Below, in pieces: positions 16,201 through 26,353 of a stretch of DNA of 49,193 nt (position 1 is its first letter; every line of letters begins with the position of its first letter). Under the pieces are notes generated by a model. The model was not told where the DNA came from, did no database searches, and worked only from the letters and a program-made list of their open reading frames with translations. Both the position numbers and the translations under genes were made by a program. Source of the stretch: a virus (Duplodnaviria > Caudoviricetes); IMG/VR virus record IMGVR_UViG_3300028293_000009, positions 1 through 49,193 of that record; one strand, written 5' to 3'.

Positions 16201-19200
16201 GCCGAGCGCGCGCTGCATGGCCTGCTGCTCGGAAGGGTCCTTGAGCGGCACCGCCGGTGCGTAGCCCTCTTCGCGGACGCCCCACTCGCGAGCCTCCTTG
16301 GCGCCCTCATCCTCAAGGTGCTTGATGCGCTCGCCGTGCTTCGCGAGCTTGTCCTTGAAGGCCTTGTGGGCCCGCTTCGCCTGCTCCAGCCGCTTCTGCG
16401 CCTGCTTGAGATCGTCGGGCGCTGCCTCGGAGCGGGCATCAATGGCTTCCTGCACCACGGCCTCGGAGGCCTCGACCTGCTGCTGGATCTGATCGCGGAC
16501 CTTCCCCAGGAACCGCAGGTCGCGCCTGCGGAGGATCTGGCTGGGTAGCTTGCCCGATCGAACGATGTCGAGGAGCGATCGGTACATCTCCCGGACCGTG
16601 TCCGCGAGGTCCTTCTCCTTCGGCGTCCAACCTGCCTCGAAGTCCTTCGTCCAGGCCTTCTCTTCGTTCGTCGGCTTGCTCTTGCCCTTGAGCTCGAGCC
16701 ACTTCGTGAACTGCAGGTCGCGCTCCGTGTTCTCCTTGAGGAGGTTCCGATGGAGCATCTCCATGGCCTCGTGGGCCAGCCGGTGGAGAGCGCCCGCCTC
16801 CTCGCCGGCGAGGATCGCATCGGTCTCGCCCCACTTCGACAGCCGGTCGACGAGCGTCTTGGCGGCCTTCTTCAGGGCCGTCTTCTTGCCCGCATACTTG
16901 CTGAGCACGGTCTCGGACCGCTCCCTGATGCGGCGAGCATCGCGCAGCCGGCGAGCCTCGCGCGTCCTTCCAACGAGGCGCCAAGCGGCCGCGAGCGGGA
17001 TGTCGACGCCGATGCGCATGCCCTTCAGCGCGCCCGACAGCATCCGCATGCCGCCGCGGAAGACCTTGCCGTGCGTCCAACGAGCCATCTGCCCCGCCAG
17101 CTTCGCTCCGTCCAGCAAGGTCAGGGCGACGCGTCGCGCGACCTCCGTTGGGATGATCGTCGCGCCGGACTCTCTCTGCCGCTTGTTGAGCCTCGCCAGA
17201 ATCTCGTCGGCCGTCTTGATGGCGGCCTTGGCCTTGGCCAGTCGCTCGCGGGATTTCTTGGCCTCGCGCTTCTGGAAGTCCTGCAGGTCGCTCTTGGTCT
17301 TCGACCTGCGCGCATAGCTCTCGCGACGCAGGTCGGCCTTCGCGACCTCGCCCTCGAGCTCGCCGCGCGCCGTCCCTACGGCGTCGATCGCGTCGCCGAT
17401 GTCCTTGGGGTGTAGATTGCCGGCGTCCAGGTCAGCCTTCAGGCGGGCGAAGTTGTTCTCGTAGAAGGCGGAAGCGAACTCCTCGCCGAGGCCGACGCGG
17501 CGCAGGTCCGTCTTCGGCTGCTCCTTGGACACGATGTCGAGCGGGATGCGCAGGGCTGCGAGCTCTTTGCGCACGCGGGCCTGCTCGGGCGACGGCTGCG
17601 TCTCCGGCTCGTTGCGGTTGCCGTAGAGCTTGTCGTACTGCCGCTGGGCCTCCTCGTCGCCCTGCTGGGCGCGGTCGTAGAGCTCGTTCCGGTCCTTGTC
17701 CTGGGCGGCGTCGAACAGCTTGTCGGTGAGCGTGCGCGGCTTCGGCGGCTTCTCGAGGAATAGTTCCTTCTCGGGCCGCCGCGAGAACTTCCTGGCTGGA
17801 TGCGACTCCGGCAACTTGGAGACGCGGGAGGCCTCGACCACGCTTCGCGGCACCTGCGCCTCGACGATCTCTCCCTCGACCATCCCATTGTCGAGATACC
17901 ACTGGGCCTCGGCGCGGTCGTCGGTCCACCACTTGCCCGTGGCTTCGTCGGTCGCCTTGACGTCAGGATTCCCCTCGAGCCAGTCGGGTCGGCGCTTCTC
18001 GCGCGCCTTCTCCTGGGCCCTGTAGACCGTGACCATCTCCTCTGACTTCGGCGTCTCCTCCGCCGGCATCTCGATCTCCAGGTCTGGCTTGATCTCCAGC
18101 TCCTGGGTCATCATCCGGCGCAGGTTCTGCAGCCGTTCGAGCACCTTGCGGCCGTGCGCCGTCATCGAGGCAAGCGCGGTGATCTCGTCTGCGCCCTCCA
18201 GGTCGCGCACGAGCTCGGCCAGGTCGGCGAGGGCCTTCGACCGCTTGTGCGGCCGCGAGGACGTCAGCCCCTGCTTGCCCTCCAGCTTCTTGAGGCGGTC
18301 GCGGAAGTGGTTCACGAAGTCCGCATGCGTCGTGTGGCCGAAGGACGGGTTGGTCTTGACCCACTCTTTCCACGCGGCCTCGGCGACGGCCTGCGACTTC
18401 TTGCCGGCGTCCTTGGCAGCGTTGAAGGCGTCGCGCACGGCCTCGGGGAGCGCGTCGAGCGCCGGCTTCTTCGTGGCCTTGGCCTGGTCGGTGACGAGGG
18501 CCTGCTTGTCGGTGTGTCCTGGCGCCTCGACGGCCTTGCGCGTCTCCTCCGCGACCTCTGGCGGCGGCGCCGGCCTGCGCTCCTGCAGCATCGCGCGCAC
18601 GAGCTCTTCGTTCGTCACGCCGAGCTTCTTCGTGATGAAGTCGCTGGTGTGCATCTCCTCGGGCAGGTGGTCGAGCAGCAGCGCGGCGCCCTGGGCCCAC
18701 CCCTCGTCGAAGTTGTCAGGCCGAGTGACTTCGCCATACTCGAGCAAACGCCTCTGGATGCGCTCGAGGTTCTCGGTCAGGTGCAGCGAGACGCCGCGCT
18801 CGTGGTCCTGCGCGATCGCCATCGCGTCGCGGGTCAGCTCGGCGGCGATCTCGCGGCCGCGCTCGTCGCGAACCTCCTGCTCGGTCTTTGACTCCGGCGC
18901 CTGGGCGACCTCGCCTGTGGGCACGAACTTCGCGCCCTCCATCTTCATGACTCCGATCTCGGTCATCCGCTGGAGCAGTCTGTGTGCTCGGTTTTTGCTG
19001 ATGCCCATGGCATCGCCGAGCGTGCGGGCCGAGTGAGTGCCGCCATGGCGGACGGCGTCGATCGCTCGCTGCAGCTCGTCGTCGGCCGCCGGGCCCTGCT
19101 GCTCGACGTAGTGGTCGTACTCGCGCTGCATCTCGGCTTGGCTGGCCTCGTCCTGCACGCTCGTCACGCGCTTCCCCTCAACAACGTCGCGCAGCATCTC

Positions 19201-22071
19201 CGAGAAGCGGACTCCGACGTCGTCGCCCTGGCCCTCGGCCGTGACGTCGTAGTCGTTCTTGCGCAGGTATCCTTCGGACGCCAAGGACTGGGCCATCCGC
19301 TCCCAGCTCATGCCCTTGCCACCCTTCTCGCCGCGGATCACGCCGCTGATCCGCCGCTGCTTGAGCGTCTCGCGAATCGAGCGCACGTCGCCAGGGAACT
19401 TCTGCATGCTCCGGTGACTGAGCCCGCCGAGCTCAACGATCCTAGTGAGCATGTTCTTCGTGCGCGTCTTCCGGCGCGGCGTCGGCACCGTCTTGCGCAC
19501 CGGAGCCTCTCCCGGCTCGCCCTCCTGCCGCGCCGTGACCGTGCCCTCGTCGACATTCTCACTGACGACCTGCCACTTCTTGCCCTTGCGCTTCGCCTGC
19601 TTCTGGACGGTCTTCAGGGCCTTGTCGCGCGCGCCGGCGTTCTTCTCCAGCCGGACGTTGGTGTCCTGCGTCAGCTCTTCCTGGGCAACCTCGATCGGCT
19701 TGGCCTTCTGTCCGAGCTTGTTCTTCCGCGCGATGGCCGCGAGTCTCCACGCGCGAGCGGTGTCAGGCTCGTTCTGTGCCTCAAGGAGGATGCGGGCCAC
19801 GTCCAGGTCGCGCTTCACGTCGGCGTCGTCCGGCTTCTCGAGCGCCTTCGCTTCGAGCGACTTGACCTTGTCTTCCAGGCTCCCTTCCTGGTCGGGCAGC
19901 AGGGCCCGCGACATGTCCTCGGCAATGACTCGGGAGTCGCCCTCGTCGCCGAATGCGATCTTGATCTCCTCGCCTGCCCTCCGGCGCTCGTCCTGGGCCT
20001 GAGTCGGGGCCATCTCCTCCAGGTTCTTGCGCGCTTCGGCTCGGATGATGCTGGCGACCTCGTCGTCGAGTCCCGTCGCTCGCATCGTGTCGATGTCGCT
20101 CTCGACGGCATGGAAGAGGCTGAGGTAGTCCTTCCTGCTCTGCAGGTGCGCGCCGAAGGCGTGCGCGACGTGCATGACGCCAAGGCCGGCGATCATCGGA
20201 ACGGTCTGCTGGGCGTAGTCCTTGGCGGCCGTGAGGAAGCCGTCTTCTCCGAAGCCCCAGTCGCCGCGGCCGGCAGCCGCGAGCATCTTCCTGACCGGTT
20301 CGGCGCGGCCGCCGGCAGCGAGCAGGTTGGCGGTCGTGTCAGCGAGCCCGCCCTCGCCGCTGCGGTTCGCCTCGGCGATCGCGCCGACTGCCGCATCAAC
20401 ACCCTCGGTCGCGGCCGGCATCGCAGCGCCCGCCCCAATGACGCTCGCCATTGCGCGGCCGACGCCGGGCTTCGGCTTCAGCACGCCGAGCCCGCGGAGC
20501 GCGGACGTGAAGCTGAAGAGCACTGTCGTCGCAGCCGCCTCGCTGCCGGCGAGGATGCGGTGCGCCTTCTCCGTGGCGTCTCGGAGCTTCGGGTCGGCGA
20601 TCTCATCGAGCTGCTGGCGTGTTTCGGCCGGGAGCTGGCCCGCGTAGGCGCGGATCCCTTCCATGGCGCCGGGGCCGGCAACGTAGGTTCCGACTATCTC
20701 TCCGACGCGCGCGAGCTTCGGGCTGTTCTTCAGCAGAGTCTCGGCGAGACCGCGGGTGACTTCGGCCGAGACCTTGATCTCGCCGCCGATCGGGATCGCC
20801 GCGCTCGCGATGTCGATGACCTGGCTCGTGAGGTCTCGCATGCTCGCCTCGCCGGAGAGCCGGTCGATCACGCGATGCGCGGCCTCTGTGAGGGACGACC
20901 TGAGCTGCTCCTTCGTCACCCCGGGCGGCATGTGGGCGCGCTCGAGCTCGTCGAGCGGGACGCCGAACACTCGCGAGGCCGTCTCCGGCTGGCTGATGAT
21001 GCCAGCGATGATCTTCTCGGCGCGGCCGATCATCTCCTGCCGCGTCGTGACGGGACCTCCGCCGATCGCGCGAACGCCGCGCACGACGTCTCCCCAGCCC
21101 GGAGTCTGTTGCTCAGCGAGCCGCTGGGGCTTGGGCTCTGGCATCGGGACGCCCTGCTGCTTCGCCCAGGCCTCCATCGTCTGGCGGCCCATGTCTCCCT
21201 GGGGCAGGTCGAAGGCGCCCATGCCCGTCGGCTTCCGCTCTGGTTCCGGCTTCTCGCGGGCGATGTCGCCAGGTTGCTCTGTGCGGATCTCCTTCTCGAG
21301 CTCGCGCTCCACCTGTTGCCGCATCTCCTTCGTGCGGGTGTAGGTGCGGCGCCGCGTGCGCAGGTCGGCGATCTGAGACGGCGGCGAGAACGGCTCCTGC
21401 TCCTTGATCGCCCGCTCGTAGTAGTCGCCGCCGGCCGCCTGGTCCTCGTGCAGCTGCTGCGCGTAGGCCGTCGCCTGCTCGGGCGTCTTGAAGATGCCAA
21501 GGTGCTTGCCGGTCTTCTCGTAGTTCTGGATCGCCTCCTCGTCCGACATGATCCGGCCGGCGTCACTGACCGTGGGGACGAGGACCTCGCCGCGGTCGGT
21601 TCCGAACGACATCGAGCGGACCGTGCTGACCGAGCCGTCCGGGTTTTTCACGCGCGGGCGGTTCGACAGGTCGATGTTGCCCTTCTCGACGAGGCCTTGT
21701 GGCTGCGGGCCCTCCGGTTCGAGGATCATCCGGTTGTTGAGTTCCGCGAGCATCTGCGGGCCGCGCTTGACCTCTCCGACGATGCCGAGGTCGAGCTCGT
21801 AGTTCTTGCGGAGGATCTCGTTCCTGACCTGCTCCTGGAACCGCTGCAGGAGAGCCTCCGCCTGCACGGGGTCCGAGGGCAGCTCGGGCGGCAGGATCAG
21901 CGGCGGCATCGGCGGCGGCGGCGCGGCCGTTGGGTCCTGGATCAGGCCGAGGGCTGGAGGACTGTCAGGGCCCTGCGGCGGGACTTCGAGCTGTGGAAGT
22001 CGCGGGGGCGGGGCAGGAGGCATTGGTGCCGGTCCCTGCGGTGAGGGCCGACCCACTGGTTCCTGGGGCAT
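13285..22071 (-). CDS. 2928-aa internal virion/ejection (polyvalent) protein
   Basis: Last gene of the virion operon; largely helical; contains a GNIDLxxRP domain (21437-21696), an FtsK-gamma-like wHTH (18943-19086) and an ART-like segment (17755-18036). Confidence 0.8.
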   Translation of the reverse strand: MPQEPVGRPSPQGPAPMPPAPPPRLPQLEVPPQGPDSPPALGLIQDPTAAPPPPMPPLILPPELPSDPVQAEALLQRFQEQVRNEILRKNYELDLGIVGEVKRGPQMLAELNNRMILEPEGPQPQGLVEKGNIDLSNRPRVKNPDGSVSTVRSMSFGTDRGEVLVPTVSDAGRIMSDEEAIQNYEKTGKHLGIFKTPEQATAYAQQLHEDQAAGGDYYERAIKEQEPFSPPSQIADLRTRRRTYTRTKEMRQQVERELEKEIRTEQPGDIAREKPEPERKPTGMGAFDLPQGDMGRQTMEAWAKQQGVPMPEPKPQRLAEQQTPGWGDVVRGVRAIGGGPVTTRQEMIGRAEKIIAGIISQPETASRVFGVPLDELERAHMPPGVTKEQLRSSLTEAAHRVIDRLSGEASMRDLTSQVIDIASAAIPIGGEIKVSAEVTRGLAETLLKNSPKLARVGEIVGTYVAGPGAMEGIRAYAGQLPAETRQQLDEIADPKLRDATEKAHRILAGSEAAATTVLFSFTSALRGLGVLKPKPGVGRAMASVIGAGAAMPAATEGVDAAVGAIAEANRSGEGGLADTTANLLAAGGRAEPVRKMLAAAGRGDWGFGEDGFLTAAKDYAQQTVPMIAGLGVMHVAHAFGAHLQSRKDYLSLFHAVESDIDTMRATGLDDEVASIIRAEARKNLEEMAPTQAQDERRRAGEEIKIAFGDEGDSRVIAEDMSRALLPDQEGSLEDKVKSLEAKALEKPDDADVKRDLDVARILLEAQNEPDTARAWRLAAIARKNKLGQKAKPIEVAQEELTQDTNVRLEKNAGARDKALKTVQKQAKRKGKKWQVVSENVDEGTVTARQEGEPGEAPVRKTVPTPRRKTRTKNMLTRIVELGGLSHRSMQKFPGDVRSIRETLKQRRISGVIRGEKGGKGMSWERMAQSLASEGYLRKNDYDVTAEGQGDDVGVRFSEMLRDVVEGKRVTSVQDEASQAEMQREYDHYVEQQGPAADDELQRAIDAVRHGGTHSARTLGDAMGISKNRAHRLLQRMTEIGVMKMEGAKFVPTGEVAQAPESKTEQEVRDERGREIAAELTRDAMAIAQDHERGVSLHLTENLERIQRRLLEYGEVTRPDNFDEGWAQGAALLLDHLPEEMHTSDFITKKLGVTNEELVRAMLQERRPAPPPEVAEETRKAVEAPGHTDKQALVTDQAKATKKPALDALPEAVRDAFNAAKDAGKKSQAVAEAAWKEWVKTNPSFGHTTHADFVNHFRDRLKKLEGKQGLTSSRPHKRSKALADLAELVRDLEGADEITALASMTAHGRKVLERLQNLRRMMTQELEIKPDLEIEMPAEETPKSEEMVTVYRAQEKAREKRRPDWLEGNPDVKATDEATGKWWTDDRAEAQWYLDNGMVEGEIVEAQVPRSVVEASRVSKLPESHPARKFSRRPEKELFLEKPPKPRTLTDKLFDAAQDKDRNELYDRAQQGDEEAQRQYDKLYGNRNEPETQPSPEQARVRKELAALRIPLDIVSKEQPKTDLRRVGLGEEFASAFYENNFARLKADLDAGNLHPKDIGDAIDAVGTARGELEGEVAKADLRRESYARRSKTKSDLQDFQKREAKKSRERLAKAKAAIKTADEILARLNKRQRESGATIIPTEVARRVALTLLDGAKLAGQMARWTHGKVFRGGMRMLSGALKGMRIGVDIPLAAAWRLVGRTREARRLRDARRIRERSETVLSKYAGKKTALKKAAKTLVDRLSKWGETDAILAGEEAGALHRLAHEAMEMLHRNLLKENTERDLQFTKWLELKGKSKPTNEEKAWTKDFEAGWTPKEKDLADTVREMYRSLLDIVRSGKLPSQILRRRDLRFLGKVRDQIQQQVEASEAVVQEAIDARSEAAPDDLKQAQKRLEQAKRAHKAFKDKLAKHGERIKHLEDEGAKEAREWGVREEGYAPAVPLKDPSEQQAMQRALGLTEEAEMPMPDPQTAREQLERMADDLPQMVRDHIHSPYPRQLRGGHWLRRANALEAAGNRDPSALRSFFHYVRELYRLVPASEWLENNMDRLYGSQEVVTAEELRAGELEHGGREVEWMTDEESPATRAHLKKRLGGKLYELTFEKGKGGPQKTAYFRTVADRKKAELLDPRVLIGTREEREAAAVERGDGGWKIVDKPFQPKILILGSREEAVNPEQPPRAGAVEHQLPELAEGESLDPGEDPVTKQVLLPKHFREVMFQSEAVGRVAYRKGGKMRAIFEEQGKEGAREFQDYVDDILRTLTGRNVLGKMDRFATGVASLIRHKILGLANPGSAVMEITQTTLSNATFGGMGIENAFEASAFANEFAIRLARAQAKLREDPARWLREHTLRVIDGKTTARAESVLAGLRTPPEKLVKLSPKKRAEREMLDDAFQFAYGSFLSGESTMGHLTEGAREYRYGKSLHLQMPKTGAEAHEFAKEAFSKGVTTADKLSWYVRRIAQEHGMMQTLLGSYMSQRRAGATDAEAQKVAMHYAIAQGNIGSRLAQSEFFQTWLGRLTKPLYSWWAQVSSSNWRQFFHHGAKGIGRLAYFGMYAYAMQQLGILGGKDYTRWIGGALSDVPLLGPMATWTSHKLQHWMHLAADPADPAGTLPEWRQKAVDLATEFAPAVLREYAVRKARTIGTIPDLTILPLFGTSLPLMFEEFGNLHEAAIASFQGDAKKARDAWYKTLIGNLWYARAANEIFGRVPDPTDPNFYLTKNPATGVTQSRVKGEAVGRILWNLLGPDIDQAIERIQNSVLGPMRDAMKAASAKTASYEMEKSIRHGMTLEREAATAREPATAEQLLQDAQKSRQDFRTAFESYAKDEEMTRGEARALAKRLNKVATANLVLTSNERNIINAYDRDTAFRLMARALDDPSENMNRKRFELIASLWYSDSGELREALKGTSKETKALFTRSYQNAMVRWAAPGR

Positions 22072-22074
22072 ATG

Positions 22075-23148
22075 TCAGTAGGGGAGTGTGGTCGTTCCGA
22101 GTCCGCTGAAGCGTTGGCGCGGGTAGTTCGTGTCCATGCCCATCCCCTTCGGCACGGGGAGGATCCCGCCGAAGAGGTCCTGCAGTTCCATGAAGCCGGT
22201 GGGATCGCCGGCCTGGAAGCGGCGGTAGGCGTCGCTCATTCGCCAGTAGGCCTTGCCGGCCGGATCGAGTGGTGGCTGGCCACCTGAGCCCGTCATCAGG
22301 TGACGATACTCGTCGCTCATGTTGAAGCCGCTGGCCTGCGCACCGACGCCGGTCGGAGGCGGCGGGCCCGCGGCCGCCATCGGACCCTTGGCTCCCTGCT
22401 GCCGCTGCCGCATGCGACCCTCGAGGATCTGTCGGACCTGCTCGCGCTTCGCCTCCAGGTCGGGGTCCGGCGAGCCCCTCGGTGCGGCCGGATTGGACTC
22501 CAGGTCGCCCGTGTTCTGGGGCTCGGCCTTCGGCTGCGATGGCATCAGGGCACGGAGCATGTCTGGCGTCTGCTGGACGGGGCCAAGCGGCCCTCCACCG
22601 CCGGGCGAGCCTCCCATCTCCGCGCCGGCCATGGCCCCTTGTGCGCCAGCGCCCGCTACCGGAGAAGCCGCGCGCCTGCCGCGGATGTTCTGGGCACCCA
22701 TGACGCGGGTGATCGCTCGCTTGGCCTGCAGGAGGTAGGTCGGGTCGAATAGGATCCCCTCCTTCTGCTGCCCCTCGGCGATCTTCTGGTCGATCGCGGA
22801 GAGCGCGGACTCCGGGTCCTGGCCGTACTGGGAGACGTAGCCCTGGCCTTCGGACTCCCATTCCGACGCGCCGGCGCCGCGGGCGCCGGCGTAGATTTTC
22901 GCGACCTCGAGCTCCTTCTCGTGGCGCTTGTCGAGCATCTCGAGCTCGTGCTGCCACTTCTCCTTGTCGCGCGCGGCCTCACGCTCGGCGTCGCGATTCT
23001 CCTTCGCCAGTGCGTCGGCCTTCGCCGAACTCACGTCCTTCTGGTGCATCAGTGTCTGCCCCAGACCCTGAATCAGAGCCAGGAACGTCGCCGCGTCCCC
23101 GCCCTTCCGACGTCTCCTCCGATCCGCTTTCGCCTCTGCATAGCTCAT
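22075..23148 (-). CDS. putative internal virion/ejection protein
   Basis: Gly/Ala/Gln/Pro-rich with coiled coil; sits just before the giant protein. Confidence 0.65.
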   Translation of the reverse strand: MSYAEAKADRRRRRKGGDAATFLALIQGLGQTLMHQKDVSSAKADALAKENRDAEREAARDKEKWQHELEMLDKRHEKELEVAKIYAGARGAGASEWESEGQGYVSQYGQDPESALSAIDQKIAEGQQKEGILFDPTYLLQAKRAITRVMGAQNIRGRRAASPVAGAGAQGAMAGAEMGGSPGGGGPLGPVQQTPDMLRALMPSQPKAEPQNTGDLESNPAAPRGSPDPDLEAKREQVRQILEGRMRQRQQGAKGPMAAAGPPPPTGVGAQASGFNMSDEYRHLMTGSGGQPPLDPAGKAYWRMSDAYRRFQAGDPTGFMELQDLFGGILPVPKGMGMDTNYPRQRFSGLGTTTLPY

Positions 23149-23338
23149 AGTCGTGGTCCGGGTAGAGCATCCGCGCGATCGCGTTGGCGTCGGTCACGTG
23201 GTGCAGTGACTGCCGGCGGACGCGCGGGCCCCCGCGACGATACCCCCCGAACTCGCGGAGGGCGATCCCGAAGCGGTTGCCGGCGGCCAAGTGGACCATC
23301 GCGTCGGCTTGGAGCCGCGGGCTGATGGGCAACATCAT
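22979..23338 (-). CDS. hypothetical protein (3' end overlaps next gene)
   Basis: ATG coupled to the stop of 23335-24234; fills the 190-nt gap but overlaps the downstream gene by about 170 nt. Confidence 0.3.
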   Translation of the reverse strand: MMLPISPRLQADAMVHLAAGNRFGIALREFGGYRRGGPRVRRQSLHHVTDANAIARMLYPDHDYELCRGESGSEETSEGRGRGDVPGSDSGSGADTDAPEGREFGEGRRTGEGESRRRA

Positions 23339-24234
23339 CTGCTTCGGCTCTGCTGGTAGGCGCCGAGTCCCGCGCCGGCGAGAGCTCCGATGCCTGCGCC
23401 CCAGGGCCCGAAGGCCGCACCGGCGCCGGCGCCAGCGAGAGCACCCTGGGCCGGCCCGACGCCCGGTTGCGTGTCTTGCGGCGACGTGATCCTGGGCGTG
23501 ATCTGCTGGCCGAGTGCGAGCTGCGCGATCGTGCGGTGGGCATCGAAGAGCTGGTTCGCGCTACCCATGCGGTTCCGCGCCGCGGTCTGCTCGAGCTGTG
23601 AGCGGAGGTCGGCCTGCTGGTTCGATCCGGACTGCCGGAGCATCTCGGAGGCGGCCGTGCGCGCCGTGCCGCGGCCGAGTCCCTGCGCGGCCATCGACTG
23701 CTCGCCGCTACGCATCGCCTCGCGCGTGCCGCGTCCGATCTGTCCGGCCGCCGCGCCGTAGGCTCCCATTGCGCCGAGGTCCCAGTTGCCTTGATCGGAC
23801 ATGTAGGCGAGGCCTTGGCTGCCTTCGAGGCGCCGAGACTCCAGCGCGCCCATCAGAGGGCCGGCGATCTCCATGAAGTCGGCGAACTGCTCGGGGTTGC
23901 CCTTGAAGTTCGCGAGCAGGTCCTGCAGCGCGTCAGCTGTCGACGCTCCCCCTTCGAAGCCCTGGAGCAGCGACTCGTACCCGCCCGTCTGGTCGTTGTA
24001 GAGGTAGTCTGGCGGCTGCTTCGGCTTCTTGCCCCAGAAGCCGAGAGCCTTGCCGATGGGGTCGACCTTCTGCAGCGACTGGGCTGGCGGTGTCTGGCCC
24101 CATTGCTCCGACGTGCGCCGGTATTGGGCCTCCGGCCCCGCAGCGAGTCGCCTCTCCGGGGTCGGTGTCGGCGGCGCCGCCCTTGGCGCGCGCCCTCGCG
24201 GCCTGTAGGAGCTTGGGTAACCCGTGCTCGGCAT
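23335..24234 (-). CDS. putative ejection (pilot) protein
   Basis: C-terminal glycine zipper GALAGAGAGAAFGPWGAGIGALAGAGLG; Q/A/G-rich. Confidence 0.7.
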   Translation of the reverse strand: MPSTGYPSSYRPRGRAPRAAPPTPTPERRLAAGPEAQYRRTSEQWGQTPPAQSLQKVDPIGKALGFWGKKPKQPPDYLYNDQTGGYESLLQGFEGGASTADALQDLLANFKGNPEQFADFMEIAGPLMGALESRRLEGSQGLAYMSDQGNWDLGAMGAYGAAAGQIGRGTREAMRSGEQSMAAQGLGRGTARTAASEMLRQSGSNQQADLRSQLEQTAARNRMGSANQLFDAHRTIAQLALGQQITPRITSPQDTQPGVGPAQGALAGAGAGAAFGPWGAGIGALAGAGLGAYQQSRSR

Positions 24235-24243
24235 GCCCGAATC

Positions 24244-24564
24244 CTACCTCGCTCGCGGCTTCGGCAGCCAAGCCAGGGCCAAGTTCATGATCCTCTGGTA
24301 CAGGTCGAGCCACGTGATTGGGCTCTCGGCTGAGTCCGCGACCTCGATGCGCAGCTGCGCAGCCTGCTGGCTCGCGAGCGTGTACTGCTCCTGCGTGATC
24401 TTGCCCGTGGCAAGGAGAGCTGCGACGCCGGTCTCGACTGTTGTCAGCACGGCCATCGCCACGGCGCGTTCGTCAGGCGTCGTGGTGCGTGGGGACGTTG
24501 CGCACGAGGAGAGGGCAAGAAGAACGGTCGTCATGACTGCGGCCGTGATGCGGTTCGGTTTCAT
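24244..24564 (-). CDS. lipoprotein (spanin-like candidate)
   Basis: MKPNRITAAVMTTVLLALSSC has signal peptide plus lipobox; follows the holin-like gene. Confidence 0.65.
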   Translation of the reverse strand: MKPNRITAAVMTTVLLALSSCATSPRTTTPDERAVAMAVLTTVETGVAALLATGKITQEQYTLASQQAAQLRIEVADSAESPITWLDLYQRIMNLALAWLPKPRAR

Positions 24565-24575
24565 GCCGCCGGATG

Positions 24576-24956
24576 CTACCCGGACCGCCTTCCTGCCTCG
24601 ATCGCCCTCTTCAGTTCGTCGACCGCCTTGTCGCGCTCGCGGGCGTACTCCTCGAAGTGGCGCGTCGCCTCCCGCTGAAAGGCGGCGTTCTGCTCCGTGA
24701 GCACGTGGAGCTCCGTGACGAGCCCGCCAACGGTCTTCGTGTTGTTGTCGACCGAGTCCACGAGGCGGCCGCCAATCGACCGGAGAAGCCAGGTGACTGA
24801 CCCGATGATGAAGGCCAAGAGGCCGAGAAGGGTTACCTTCTCCGGCACGGGCATGTCCTGCAGCGCGATGGCAAGGGACAGGCCGGAGCCGGCTGCAACA
24901 AGGAGAGCTCCAGTCACGTGCGGTTGCCTGTAGAGATTGCGTGGCACAGGGGGCAC
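24576..24956 (-). CDS. holin-like membrane protein
   Basis: Two hydrophobic helices followed by a charged coiled coil; start codon uncertain. Confidence 0.5.
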   Translation of the reverse strand: MPPVPRNLYRQPHVTGALLVAAGSGLSLAIALQDMPVPEKVTLLGLLAFIIGSVTWLLRSIGGRLVDSVDNNTKTVGGLVTELHVLTEQNAAFQREATRHFEEYARERDKAVDELKRAIEAGRRSG

Positions 24957-24997
24957 TGTTCCACATAGGCCGAAAGTGAGAATCGGGTGATGACCTG

Positions 24998-25660
24998 CTA
25001 GGCGACGTACGGCAGTAACACTTCGTGCCAACGAATGAAGTAGCGCAGCTGCGACGCGGTTGCGACGGTCTTCGCAGCCGCGATCGAGAACAAGCCCTGC
25101 GGGCGGACCATGTAGAGGCCGTTGGCCTGGAACTCGTGCACTCGCCATACCGCGCCGGCGAAGGCGGTCGCGCCTGGCGCCGACGGGCCGTGCGGCGTCC
25201 ACACACCGGCGACGGTGGCGCCAGCGATGGTCCTGGCACTCGTCATTCCGGCGACGCGTCCGCTGAGCGATGCTTTCGTCAGTCCGGCATCTGCCGGGGC
25301 CGCGAACACACCCGGCTCCATGGCAGCGAAGAGAGCGAGCGAGTTCTGCTGTGTCGCGTCGGTGACGACCTCAACCACGCCGAACGAGTCGATCACGTAG
25401 ACCTTGGCGTTCGCCCCGGTCTCGCCATTCCACAATGAATGGCCCGCCGTGGTCGAAGGGACGGCTGTGAGCGCAGCAGCCACCGCGCTGAGGATCTGCC
25501 AGCTCCCGCCGTGCCTGACCAACTCGGCGAGTGCGGGAAGGCCCTGCACGACGATCCCGTCGCCGCGCGGCGTCATCGCGAGTTGGCTCTCGCTGGAGTC
25601 GGCGCTGTTGGGGATCGTGGTCCCGCGAACTGCTCCAAGAGGTCTGGTTTCGAGGGTCAT
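24998..25660 (-). CDS. putative virion structural protein
   Basis: 220 aa, Ala/Thr/Gly-rich beta-type composition, GGAG RBS, in the tail module. Confidence 0.6.
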   Translation of the reverse strand: MTLETRPLGAVRGTTIPNSADSSESQLAMTPRGDGIVVQGLPALAELVRHGGSWQILSAVAAALTAVPSTTAGHSLWNGETGANAKVYVIDSFGVVEVVTDATQQNSLALFAAMEPGVFAAPADAGLTKASLSGRVAGMTSARTIAGATVAGVWTPHGPSAPGATAFAGAVWRVHEFQANGLYMVRPQGLFSIAAAKTVATASQLRYFIRWHEVLLPYVA

Positions 25661-25664
25661 TGGG

Positions 25665-26111
25665 TTACTCCATTGCGAGGGCTAGGGGCACATCATCTTC
25701 GAGGCCAACTGGTGCGGGAAGCCCGAGGACGACGAAGTGCTTCAGCAACAGCAGGTACTTTCGCTCCAGACTCTCGACCGTGACGAGGCGCTGATCGTTT
25801 GCCTGCACTGCGAGCCCCGCGGCGTCTTCGCCATCCTTGGCGAGCTCGACGAGGCCCGCGGTCTCCGTCGTCGCGAGCTCGAGGTCGATGATGTCAGCGA
25901 TGACGTGCGTGTGCTCCGGCACTCCGATGTCGCCGCCCGCTCCGACAGCGCCGATGTACGGCAGGTCGTTCCAGTGCCTCGTGCCGTCGCCAGCCTTTGC
26001 TTTCTGCGTCACGAGCTCGATTCCGATCTGGCCAGCGAGCAGGACCGGGTTGAGCGCCGTCCACCTGGCCGCCGTCGCGCGCACGTGTTGAACGGTGGGG
26101 AGATCGCTCAC
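25665..26111 (-). CDS. short tail-fibre protein with Mtd_N/hyaluronate-lyase N-terminal-type domain
   Basis: TAARWTALNPVLLAGQIGIE..KAKAGDGTRHWNDLPY; HTHVIADI; ATTETAGLVELA fibre repeat. Confidence 0.75.
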   Translation of the reverse strand: MSDLPTVQHVRATAARWTALNPVLLAGQIGIELVTQKAKAGDGTRHWNDLPYIGAVGAGGDIGVPEHTHVIADIIDLELATTETAGLVELAKDGEDAAGLAVQANDQRLVTVESLERKYLLLLKHFVVLGLPAPVGLEDDVPLALAME

Positions 26112-26353
26112 AGTTCCCCCTCGTCAATCGAGTCGACGTGACGACACATGTTGCGCGACCACTCGACGATCGCCTGGAAGTTGCGCTCGATCACGTTCCG
26201 GCCCGTGGCGCCGAGCGGTTGCGTCTGCCAGCGAACGGCGCTGAGGATGGTACCCGCCTTGAGGGGCACCGCGTCGGAAGGCGGCGCCGGCGTTGATGAC
26301 ATCGTGCCTTCGAGGATCGGCTGCAGATTGAGGAGGGGGCAGGTGCTGGCCAT
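26108..26353 (-). CDS. small tail-associated protein
   Basis: Coupled to the nozzle stop; VIERNFQAIVEW helix. Confidence 0.55.
   Translation of the reverse strand: MASTCPLLNLQPILEGTMSSTPAPPSDAVPLKAGTILSAVRWQTQPLGATGRNVIERNFQAIVEWSRNMCRHVDSIDEGEL

Noticed and set aside
18982-22044. 1020-aa plus-strand ORF, and similar long antisense ORFs (34879-36549, 38573-40114, 10552-11586)
   Set aside because: These are shadows of high-GC3 genes on the opposite strand, with no RBS or recognisable motifs.
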